Of a DNA stretch of 32,655 nucleotides, positions 10,801 to 17,451 are shown one piece after another. A model generated the notes under the pieces. It saw only the letters and a program-made list of their open reading frames with translations. It was not told where the DNA came from and made no database searches. The translations under genes were made by a program, and so were the position numbers. The stretch covers positions 1 through 32,655 of the IMG/VR virus record IMGVR_UViG_3300038675_000345; one strand, 5' to 3'. The DNA comes from a virus. Lineage: Duplodnaviria; Caudoviricetes. Every line of letters starts with the position of its first letter. The stretch's first letter is position 1.

Positions 10801-13262
10801 CCAAAAGTACCAGCGTCTTTTCCAAATATTCCTGCAAAGACATCCATTATAAATCTATAGACTTTGCCAGCTACCGTTGCTAATACAGAGTCAGCAGTTT
10901 CAAGCTCTGTGCCTAATGCGTCTATCAACATTTGTTTTATAGCTGCGCCTATTGAATTAAATATTTTACCAAATCTATAAGCTATTACTGTCCCATAATT
11001 TTCAGGTACTTTATCTGTATCTTCAAAAAACTTCGTCATAGCTTTGGCGTAATCTTTCCCACTAAATAGACCTCTGATAGCCTCAAAAAATACTTTAAAA
11101 GATTCAAAAACAACAGAAATATGATCCATACTATTTAAAACAATACCTAAATCATTAAACATCATGCTTATTAATTGAGAAAAAGCTTTAAGTGGAGAAT
11201 CATCTTTTAATAATTTAAAAAATATTTGAATATAATCGCTTATAATTTTAATTATTTGTCCTAATCCTTTAAATTTATCTGCTACCGAAGTAAATAACTG
11301 TCCACTATTTTTAGCACTATTTATAAGTGCCATAAAGGACACTATAAACAATCCCATAGGTGTGAGTGCAACTTTTAATACTCCAGAAAGAGTAGCTATT
11401 GCAGCAAATATACCATAAAACAAAGTTAAGTGTTTTACTAAGATACTCAATGATACAGTAAAACCACCAATAGATACCTGACCTTCTCTAAGCCAGCCTA
11501 AAACACCTCTCATAACTAAGGAGATATTATCCAAATAGTACACTAAAGCATCTAATACTGACTCAGAGAAAGTTATTTTTAAAGACTCCCAAGTAGCTTT
11601 TAACTGATCTACTCTAAAAGCAAAACTCTCCTGCATCTTACTAAACGCAGCGTCCATAGACCCTGTAATATTATCTATACTATCGGTCTGAGCAAACTCA
11701 CCTAACAAGCTAACATACGCTGCGTAATTATTCATCAGTGATCTTAGAACTCTTCTAGCTCTCATATCAAAGCCTAAACTACTCATCATAGCCTGTGTAG
11801 TAGCAGTGGAGAAACCTTTAGTGGCTACTATTAAATCTCCTAATATAGCTTCCAATCCTCTAAAATTACCTATTGAATCAAATACTTCAATATTCAACTT
11901 TTTCAAATTATTTATAATTCTAGTATCTGCTAATGATTCATACAGCCTAGCTAGACCAAATCCTGCCATTTCTGGACTTAGTCCTACCCTAGTAGCAAAT
12001 GCCATAGTAGCATACATCTCATTTATCTGCTCAAAACTATCTGACAAAGAAGCTGCAGGAGCGTAAACTCTACCCATAACTTTAGCTAAATCTTCGTATC
12101 TTAAAATACCATATTTAACAGCAGCAAACTGATAATCATAAATTTTAGATAAATCGTCCATTTCTTTACCAAATGCATATATAGCAGCTATACCAGAATC
12201 TACAGCTACAGTAAGCGTAGTAACACCAGCAACCGATGCTTTTATAGCTACGTCAGTGAACTTTAATACATCATTAAATTCTACAGTAGCAGAAGCCATT
12301 TGATAAAATGCAGACGCTACATCTTTAGGCATACGTCCGTATTCTATTGCTAATGCTATACCTAGATCAGATAATAACTCACCTAAATCAAATGCGTTTA
12401 CAGACCCGAATAATTCTTCAATAGAAGTTTTTAATCTACCAAACTTATCATCTAATTCTATTGCATTAATATCTAACAACTTTCCCTTTAATAACTCTAA
12501 CCCTTCTCCCCACTCTTCATTAGCTAAAGCCCAAGTATTATATATTTCTCTATTATACTCTATAAAAGTTTCCAATACAGGTACAATAGTTTTAGCAAAT
12601 AGCCAAATATTCATAAATTGCATAAAGAATTGATACTGAACCCACTCAAACGCTTTAAATACACCGCCTAACGCATTAGATACTTTTTGTAATAAGTTAG
12701 ATATTAATGTAAATGGAGACTTAATCAAATTAAATATCATTTTAACTGCAGATTGAGCTATTACTCGTATTCTTCCTATCCAAGACGCTATAGTACCAAA
12801 AGCTCTAATAATAGATTGAGTACCTTGCAAAGTATGAGCAGTAATACCTTGATTCATTATAGCAGACATTTGTTTACCAATCATATCTCTAAATGGATCA
12901 GTAGCAGTTTTAGCAGAAACAGTAGCTTCTTTAACAACTTGTTCAGGTTGCTTTGGAGGTCTCTTTTTTGCCATGGACATAGCCCCCTGAATGGCATCTA
13001 ATTTTTCTATAGGGGTTTCATTTAGTAGTTTATTAAATTCTTTCATTTGTGCATTAACTTTTTCTAATGCACCAGCAAAATTATTAACTTTTGTTTGGCT
13101 AAACATATTTTTTAAAACTCGATTAGTAGACTCAACCTGCCCTCTAAACTCGTTAATAATACCTGTAATTTGACTTCCAAACTGTTGAAACTCTTGTTTG
13201 GCTTGCTCTCCTTGTAAAACTATATTAACTACTAAACCACTAGGTGCCCCAAAGCCTTCCAT
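4872..13262 (-). CDS. Tail tape measure protein (2796 aa) with TP901-type core
   Basis: Longest ORF, located after the tail assembly chaperone. Helical composition, TP901-like segment LAIEYGRMPKDVASAFYQMASA...AIKASVAGVTTL, hydrophobic stretches and a typical C-terminal TVNISINA motif. AGGAG RBS. Confidence 0.95.
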   Translation of the reverse strand: MEGFGAPSGLVVNIVLQGEQAKQEFQQFGSQITGIINEFRGQVESTNRVLKNMFSQTKVNNFAGALEKVNAQMKEFNKLLNETPIEKLDAIQGAMSMAKKRPPKQPEQVVKEATVSAKTATDPFRDMIGKQMSAIMNQGITAHTLQGTQSIIRAFGTIASWIGRIRVIAQSAVKMIFNLIKSPFTLISNLLQKVSNALGGVFKAFEWVQYQFFMQFMNIWLFAKTIVPVLETFIEYNREIYNTWALANEEWGEGLELLKGKLLDINAIELDDKFGRLKTSIEELFGSVNAFDLGELLSDLGIALAIEYGRMPKDVASAFYQMASATVEFNDVLKFTDVAIKASVAGVTTLTVAVDSGIAAIYAFGKEMDDLSKIYDYQFAAVKYGILRYEDLAKVMGRVYAPAASLSDSFEQINEMYATMAFATRVGLSPEMAGFGLARLYESLADTRIINNLKKLNIEVFDSIGNFRGLEAILGDLIVATKGFSTATTQAMMSSLGFDMRARRVLRSLMNNYAAYVSLLGEFAQTDSIDNITGSMDAAFSKMQESFAFRVDQLKATWESLKITFSESVLDALVYYLDNISLVMRGVLGWLREGQVSIGGFTVSLSILVKHLTLFYGIFAAIATLSGVLKVALTPMGLFIVSFMALINSAKNSGQLFTSVADKFKGLGQIIKIISDYIQIFFKLLKDDSPLKAFSQLISMMFNDLGIVLNSMDHISVVFESFKVFFEAIRGLFSGKDYAKAMTKFFEDTDKVPENYGTVIAYRFGKIFNSIGAAIKQMLIDALGTELETADSVLATVAGKVYRFIMDVFAGIFGKDAGTFGLKDLFISVFETLGVVSRNSLGQAILNKQFIQSVGLMFGNFLIEGIKTAIVNYPIMLSIAGFNITKEAFKTLLMSFNNLPAMLAAQGQSLGGLGRGLTFAGDFIKFFAVVEFIDVIFDSKFLNKLSPVMQAAVKAVIALSLATAFSFFRARAAATATGKVILDSLSKSLKAGVVNIQAGVVNIYTSSVNQGIGQTAAKGYEAIKSVASSGVRSIILKSIGLVMGALGILGILSSSGEKEETKTPAYQLDTILAMQDISRRSMVSSINSAAENLKAAGNNTASVLKTVVLTMVGVGVAAAVAAAVTATAGAAAPIAPAAAKLVAATGLVALPSFGGALPVQLGKASLTAQEITTIIREKYREDIIEGLVSQGVIKPDIKSIIADLLPFALKENRKIITDKRVYTSLGDAVQAVFTRNLVNILLLLDEEAQSFEDLQKFLDGMTYDELYQKFTDLALKDGYSPGYASMAQSIIEQFIDAGVSASDTILSSFVEELDNIIITLEEIDINKLVPYIFKIEALGRSFGYDTLKKEYDRQIANLSNKDLFTKDPTAFLAQMEKQLEANYLSTKGRMELYGNLNKLFITYFANVIDEFEVTSSQIVDLIRQEESVRTAYEASTGKELTADIGFSQIIDDIKKGVVSDEDATRKSAIEALSIILEQLYQYAEVGDLDQISGFYKLLVDIQNDMDLLANKISKEVYEVLQVMDSFMLPTARGIQELSTVKAILKSENFDTKLLASKDFWVSLFTGDIDSLRDKISQENIEILKGLFEGAEGAMTIASHMLSQAFGEGVYRVVINNIAALSKDKNFFKDIGLSTSVYDVSTGVFMSGSIYEKIIRDPVDTFSDYLIDRYIAIAGESEMQVKEFVAQTISSTFKLEGLEGLQEALEQLGEIDIFSPEGKQRIREVLQVLLSNSPDESIAETMKIITDVVDTLQLYLGDASLHSAFEAVLGVNWRSIVTDMTITAEQLKAIFDIIPQVAKAAREARKNLDSSISMSTLSSSGFKSMESFIEVTSKTQAFINILGALFGRESIMGDMMNYMNLASKFGTADLSRKLSTLDLSSKEDLIGFVNEYAKLLIEIGMLSEELYVGDVATGAFQKISDKTLASKINNELISTLEAYAKFNDFQSYFYREVLGKTEGNILTMDIPKAIARVAEIGNNLYAFIVDTLIGGLFNPEKWAAIASSGLSLGAIIQGTATGLDMNLMNALYKSSEDYASGLVDIFEELLKDSSLSELIPKFIKDFVGQVAMGTAIGSVTSLLPNTSIIGYGVGQIADSLMEDQEFMKKFISLEMDAVKNMNKVISTRIISNVSRIFRSIIDEFVPKEFKGLKLPILSGFANILSDITSNFIGNVVGKWIIERSAALGTELSLVLLSLNQTISAKQGKEFLTNEEVVKLSESLMIDAVNFIGDLIDVSFAFLKDKDAFKKFIGKLDINSIFKNTISFISKLSEPNKKVISDNLLSVVEDVTPQSLVNLLNEYKAIPEGARDQAEKLVADQWDIIKKFAAKVLFGDEKWKWVIDIFDIGLFRTAWQNLASGIIAKLSDRQDLVPEWLKGHVQGYGMGKNIVFNTDLLKEWSPQQVIDAALSEVLLSSIYEMEKLNDKRIKDLVRTKVSNIDFGKTNLEVLLSGMDIVGKTSEIADALMSSVRLVAGESFSEMSKLDLVAGMKTGLLSVKEMPVPKTLEEFEQQLQEIANSLTAEDLEVLQNLRKQNWNSMLMLLKPAGLERLGISVGKEYIDEATGDWKGILEQYTFVGKMLGEDVDAKTELMLKYMEGALESITTIGSSFKSIASSISSASEILGIDAEIFVKSLESVGVVADSLVAGIASYETAIKYQKLAGETTGVASVMNALGAIGGWAGVIAALFGAFAALVEIWKDSQKITEQQLIAIRQNTVALDSLTNILDSLKATVYGAPEGFIYGYANPTKLSEEPIATAMYMPTSKEPFTVNISINAANMDANEVASAVEDGVYKAYKRLR
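10254..10292. repeat. Tandem 18-bp identical repeat, 21-bp period, inside the tape measure gene
   Basis: TATATTAACTACTCCTGC at 10254-10271 and 10275-10292, encoding AGVVNIQ-AGVVNIY. Confidence 0.9.
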
Positions 13263-13283
13263 AAGCTACTCCTACTAAAGCAA

Positions 13284-13682
13284 TTATACGTCTTGATTTT
13301 TACTATCTTCAATCATTTCTGCAAATGTCCTAGAGTCACTAGATACTCCTGTAGAATTTCCAGACTTAGACTCTTTTTTATGCTTTTCAGCCATCGCATT
13401 CAACCAATGCTTATACTCAGACTGAACTAATTTTAATTCCCTTATAGAATAAAGGGGCTGGTCATACCAACCCCCCGAATAAGGGAGAATTAGTATATCT
13501 CCGTGTTCCGCACTTAACATCGAAAAATAATCTAATACCTTTCCCCCATACTTCCTATACTTACCTAAAACATCCTCTATATACTTACGTCTAGCAGGAT
13601 CTAAAGTCGGTAAACTACCATCTAACTCAAACCTAAGATACCTGTTTATTTCTCCTGAGAAGATGAGGGAGGCTATTCCCCC
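13284..13682 (-). CDS. Frameshifted C-terminal part of the tail assembly chaperone (gpT-like); fused product about 273 aa
   Basis: The -1 frame is open from the slippery site (GIASLIFSGEINRYLRFELDG...) straight into the 78-aa track ORF, which carries LPYSGGWYDQP and has no clear RBS of its own. Confidence 0.85.
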   Translation of the reverse strand, partial: GGIASLIFSGEINRYLRFELDGSLPTLDPARRKYIEDVLGKYRKYGGKVLDYFSMLSAEHGDILILPYSGGWYDQPLYSIRELKLVQSEYKHWLNAMAEKHKKESKSGNSTGVSSDSRTFAEMIEDSKNQDV

Positions 13683-14104
13683 AAGTCCTCCTCATCCTTC
13701 TCGTCCTCTGCCTTAGCCTTACCAGACATTCCATAAACTTCCTTAACCTTAGCCAAAAGCTTGTTAATAAACTTAGAATTAAATTCATTAAGAATAACAA
13801 TAAAATCATCAGTCTTCAAAGGAGGAGTAATAGTAACTACTTCACCCTCTTCAATAGAAACTATTTCCTTAACTACCTTAGATAGCAACCACAATTCTGT
13901 TTTAAAAGCTTCTTCTTTAATTTTAACAACTTCCTCACCCTTATAAACTATTGAATCAGCCATCTTCTGAGTATATCTAGTGTGTAAAGAATATGTTAAA
14001 CTATCTAGAACTTCTACATACTCTGGAGTCTTTTCATCCACAAAATTAAACTCATCATCAAAATACAATCTAATTACACTGTCTTCTTTGGCTCTAATAG
14101 ACAT
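13673..14104 (-). CDS. Tail assembly chaperone (gpG-like), 143 aa
   Basis: Position between tail tube and tape measure genes, acidic C-terminus ending in a slippery sequence, GGGAGGT RBS. Confidence 0.85.
   Translation of the reverse strand: MSIRAKEDSVIRLYFDDEFNFVDEKTPEYVEVLDSLTYSLHTRYTQKMADSIVYKGEEVVKIKEEAFKTELWLLSKVVKEIVSIEEGEVVTITPPLKTDDFIVILNEFNSKFINKLLAKVKEVYGMSGKAKAEDEKDEEDLGE
13676..13682 (-). other. Programmed -1 ribosomal frameshift site G-GGG-GAA
   Basis: TTG GGG GAA TAG at the end of the chaperone gene, in the conserved position between tube and tape measure genes, with an open -1 frame. Confidence 0.8.
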
Positions 14105-14129
14105 ACGTATTACCTCCCATTTAAATTAA

Positions 14130-15323
14130 TTAAAATGTGTATTCAACCATTGCTGTGCCGGTAGAACTGTCCATTAACACATAGTCTGCCGCTGCTTCCG
14201 TATTAACATATTCTAAATGAATAGGATAAACAGTTCTGCCACTTAAACTTCCAGACGGATCAGCAGTAGCTTGGAAATCAATCCTGTACGCCACTTTTCC
14301 CCTATCAGCTATATCATGCACAGGCTGTGTAGTATATAGATTTCCTAATGTTAACACATAATGCTCATAATCTGTATCTCCCTGTTCTGGATCAGTAGTA
14401 TCCATAGTTTTAAATATTTTAATTTCAATATCACCAAAATATGTACCAACATCCATATCACGCAAAAATGCATAAAGTGCATCAATATCAAGATCAGATG
14501 TACTTGAATCTGGCATCAATAATGTTAATGATCCAGTAACTGAAAACTCTCCTGATAAAATAGCCAGCCTACCGCTTGCATTAAGTGCATTGGTATCAGT
14601 ATCTAGATTGTTATTAATAGTAAATTCTATTCCAGTAATATAAGGCATAAGATTAAATGAAGTGCTTAACCCGCCTGATCCTGTCCAAACTACATCATTA
14701 TAATGCGTTATAGCAGTTCCTATTCTTATTGGACATATAGGAATTTGTGAGGCCGAATATGTAACAAAATTTGATGCAGTAAAATCTTCACCTGTTTGAT
14801 CTGTGTTAAGTTTCTTTCCGGCCCAATCAATACTAGCAGATAATAGTGCGTTTGACGAAAATGCCATTCTTAGTGAATTAATGACACAGTTATCGAATTG
14901 ATAAGACATATCACTAGAAGATCCATGCTGGATATAAATACTAAACTCAGGCAAATCTCCATCCGAGGGGACAATTTTCCCCGGAACATTTATTTCTGCT
15001 CCCAAAGCCCCTATCTCTTCATGCTCAATAACTTCACCTAACGCTCCGTACATTAGCCACAAAAAATTACCTATTGTTACTTCTGTATCAAAACTACCAT
15101 CACCAGCTCTATTCCCTATGCATCCAATGCCTCTTGATCTTCCACCAGCAATAGCGTTACTGTTTATAAACTCACCAGTAGGATTGAATGATTCTGTAGT
15201 AAATGGCAACTCATATTTAGTAGTAGTATCTACAGATTGAGTACCTCCAGACACACTATTAACACCAGCAGCACTTAATCTAAATGCTAGGATAGAGCCT
15301 CCACCCTTTATAAATTCAGCCAT
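14130..15323 (-). CDS. Tail tube (major tail) protein, paralog 2 (397 aa)
   Basis: Position, tube-protein-like motifs (LPFTTESFNP, GSFDTE, IEFTINNNL, VTGSLT), and clear paralogy with 15360-16343. Confidence 0.85.
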   Translation of the reverse strand: MAEFIKGGGSILAFRLSAAGVNSVSGGTQSVDTTTKYELPFTTESFNPTGEFINSNAIAGGRSRGIGCIGNRAGDGSFDTEVTIGNFLWLMYGALGEVIEHEEIGALGAEINVPGKIVPSDGDLPEFSIYIQHGSSSDMSYQFDNCVINSLRMAFSSNALLSASIDWAGKKLNTDQTGEDFTASNFVTYSASQIPICPIRIGTAITHYNDVVWTGSGGLSTSFNLMPYITGIEFTINNNLDTDTNALNASGRLAILSGEFSVTGSLTLLMPDSSTSDLDIDALYAFLRDMDVGTYFGDIEIKIFKTMDTTDPEQGDTDYEHYVLTLGNLYTTQPVHDIADRGKVAYRIDFQATADPSGSLSGRTVYPIHLEYVNTEAAADYVLMDSSTGTAMVEYTF

Positions 15324-15329
15324 AATTAA
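15298..15329. repeat. 32-bp exact direct repeat, copy 1 (start of tube paralog 2)
   Basis: CCTCCACCCTTTATAAATTCAGCCATAATTAA, identical to 16318-16349. Confidence 0.95.
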
Positions 15330-15359
15330 TTACCTCCCCCCCTCCAATTATTAACCAAA

Positions 15360-16343
15360 TTATGGTGATACTAACGCTACCATAGTAGTAGGAATATACA
15401 TGCCCGCTACCAACTTCACCGTCATCGGAGGAGTCGCACCATCCTGTACTGCTTGAAAATCTACTCTAAAAGCAACTTTATTTCTATCAGTTATATCATG
15501 CACAGGCTGTGTAACATATACATTTTGAATACTGATAGCATCTACATCGCCTAAAACCCCTATTAATATATCTCCGAGTTCGTCTCCAATATCAAGACTT
15601 ACAAGTTTAGTAAATAAATCCCCTGATCTTGGAACTAAAAAAGTTATAGACCCAGTAATAGCAAGTTCCCCTGTAATTACAGAAAGCCTACCACTAGCAT
15701 CAAGAGCATTTGTATCTGTATCCAAATTATTAGCAATAGTAAATTCAAGCCCAGTAGCATAATCCATAACATCAGTACCGCCAACAGTCAAACTTGTTAA
15801 TGCCGCAGGGCAAAGTAAGGTATTTGCCGTACTAAGTAAAAGTTGAGGAGTCGTGGTTGGCACAGCCCCACTGTGAACACTCCAACTAGTACCGGCCATA
15901 TCAATAGATGCAGTCAGTATTCCATTAGAAGTAAAAGATACTCTAAAATTATTAACTCTTTGATTAGCATACTTATATATCATATCATTTGTAGAACCAT
16001 GTCTGATATATACGTCATATACAGGTAAATCATCTATAGAAGGGGTTATTGTACCGGTATTTGCATTACCAGTATAACTACCTAATGCAGAATAGAATAA
16101 TATACCAAAATTTTGTTTATTAAACTCTGTATCAAAACTACCATCACCAGCTTTATTACCTATACAACCTATACCTCTAGATCTTCCACCAGCAATGGCA
16201 TTGGAACTAATAAACTCTCCAACTGGATTAAAAGACTCTGTGGTAAAAGGAAGTTCTGCTATAAAATTTATTGCATTACCTGCACCATCTTCAATAATAT
16301 TTAAAAATAGTGAAGAACCTCCACCCTTTATAAATTCAGCCAT
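15360..16343 (-). CDS. Tail tube (major tail) protein, paralog 1 (327 aa)
   Basis: Same motifs as the adjacent gene, identical N-terminus MAEFIKGGGS, GGGAGG RBS. Confidence 0.85.
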   Translation of the reverse strand: MAEFIKGGGSSLFLNIIEDGAGNAINFIAELPFTTESFNPVGEFISSNAIAGGRSRGIGCIGNKAGDGSFDTEFNKQNFGILFYSALGSYTGNANTGTITPSIDDLPVYDVYIRHGSTNDMIYKYANQRVNNFRVSFTSNGILTASIDMAGTSWSVHSGAVPTTTPQLLLSTANTLLCPAALTSLTVGGTDVMDYATGLEFTIANNLDTDTNALDASGRLSVITGELAITGSITFLVPRSGDLFTKLVSLDIGDELGDILIGVLGDVDAISIQNVYVTQPVHDITDRNKVAFRVDFQAVQDGATPPMTVKLVAGMYIPTTMVALVSP

Positions 16344-16349
16344 AATTAA
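16318..16349. repeat. 32-bp exact direct repeat, copy 2 (start of tube paralog 1)
   Basis: Identical to 15298-15329, offset 1020 bp. Confidence 0.95.
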
Positions 16350-16365
16350 ATTCCTCCCGAATTAT

Positions 16366-16545
16366 TTAACAATAAACTATTGATGATGATCTCCATAACA
16401 ATTTAGTTTTATTATAGCTAACTTGAAAATTATCATCAAATTTTGTTCTTAATGTAATACATTTTGCTTTCAATGATCGTATAGACCCTATAACTGTACC
16501 TAATCTTTTATGTTCTGCTTTAACAATATCCCAATGTTTAACAGG
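16366..16545 (-). pseudogene. iscB: C-terminal remnant of an IscB-like (RRXRR/HNH, IS200/IS605 family) protein
   Basis: Start-less open frame 16584-16366 ending PVKHWDIVKAEHKRLGTVIGSIRSLKAKCITLRTKFDDNFQVSYNKTKLLWRSSSIVYC*, which I recognise as resembling IscB C-termini. Not verified by search. Confidence 0.6.
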
Positions 16546-16635
16546 AACAGGTAGCTGAACTAACTCACGGCTAGCAGTAACCGCTTAACAACCAGCTTAG
16601 TCTCAGAATCTTAGTTCTTAATATCTGTTAATTAG
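16366..16635 (-). mobile_element. Probable internally deleted IscB/omegaRNA element (5' RNA stem joined to IscB 3' end)
   Basis: Fills the only large gap in a tightly packed operon. The 5' part can pair (TTAACAG...TTGTTAA, inner AGAA/TTCT hairpin) and a tandem CCTGTT-CCTGTT marks the apparent junction at 16551-16540. Confidence 0.5.
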
Positions 16636-16645
16636 ACTCCTAAGA

Positions 16646-17050
16646 TTAATCGTCACTTAGTTGTTCTAATGTTACTTGAATTGCAACATACGCCATATCG
16701 TTATCTTCTCTATAGTATCTTCCATAGATACTATTTATTTTAAAACATATCGTATTTATTGTAACATAATCATCCAATACTTCAAAAATTTCATATATAT
16801 TTTCAGCATCTCCCCATAAAGAAATATAATCACTCTCAGATCCACAAGTTTTTTCAACAACAATATTTACAATAAATGTTTTATTGACTCTCCGTAAAGA
16901 CGTTGGTGTAGAATTATATATATTAGGAAATACATAATATACAGATGCAGTACCAGCTCTTCTATAAGGAATAGCCTTTAATACTGTGCTGCCAGCTACC
17001 TTGGAACTTACCAGAGTATGTATTCCAGAAATAACATTAGAATAAGTCAA
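16646..17050 (-). CDS. Tail completion / terminator-like protein (134 aa)
   Basis: Size, position just upstream of the tube genes, and a helix-strand-strand-helix-strand pattern. Confidence 0.55.
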   Translation of the reverse strand: MTYSNVISGIHTLVSSKVAGSTVLKAIPYRRAGTASVYYVFPNIYNSTPTSLRRVNKTFIVNIVVEKTCGSESDYISLWGDAENIYEIFEVLDDYVTINTICFKINSIYGRYYREDNDMAYVAIQVTLEQLSDD

Positions 17051-17442
17051 TTCTTCACCGCCCTTGCATTAACTGGTATTATACGAATCGTTCTTATTTT
17101 ACTTTCTACTTCTTGCTCATAAATTATATCTTTAGATGCACAATAAGTATGTAAATTAGTAAATCCAGTACTTAATGTAAATACTTTTTTATGAAATAAA
17201 TTTCTAACTTCATGAGCAGCTTCCATAGTAGTTACATAATCAGTACTAGAAACATATATATAAACCATAAACAATTCAAAATTATTGTCATAATAATAAG
17301 TATCCTTAGATACATTTGAAGAAATCCAAACATATAAAGAATCTGTAGTAATATCAGGAGTACCAAAAACTACTGAAGGGTACTTAGTTTTTACTTCTGT
17401 ATAAATCTTAGCTAACATTACAGATTCAATAGTGTCTGCCAT
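17047..17442 (-). CDS. Tail terminator-like protein (131 aa)
   Basis: Follows the HK97 gp10-like gene. VYIYVSSTDYVTTMEAAHEVRNLFH fits the terminator (SPP1 gp17/DUF3168-like) pattern. Confidence 0.6.
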   Translation of the reverse strand: MADTIESVMLAKIYTEVKTKYPSVVFGTPDITTDSLYVWISSNVSKDTYYYDNNFELFMVYIYVSSTDYVTTMEAAHEVRNLFHKKVFTLSTGFTNLHTYCASKDIIYEQEVESKIRTIRIIPVNARAVKN

Positions 17443-17451
17443 ATACTCCCC

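Noticed and set aside
4960-13173. Plus-strand ORFs of 60-228 aa opposite the tape measure gene
   Set aside because: Antisense shadows of a long gene, with Ser/Ile-rich composition and no RBS.
14130-16349. Diversity-generating retroelement or invertible cassette between the tube paralogs
   Set aside because: The repeats are direct and short, differences are not adenine-specific, and no reverse transcriptase or invertase is in the window.
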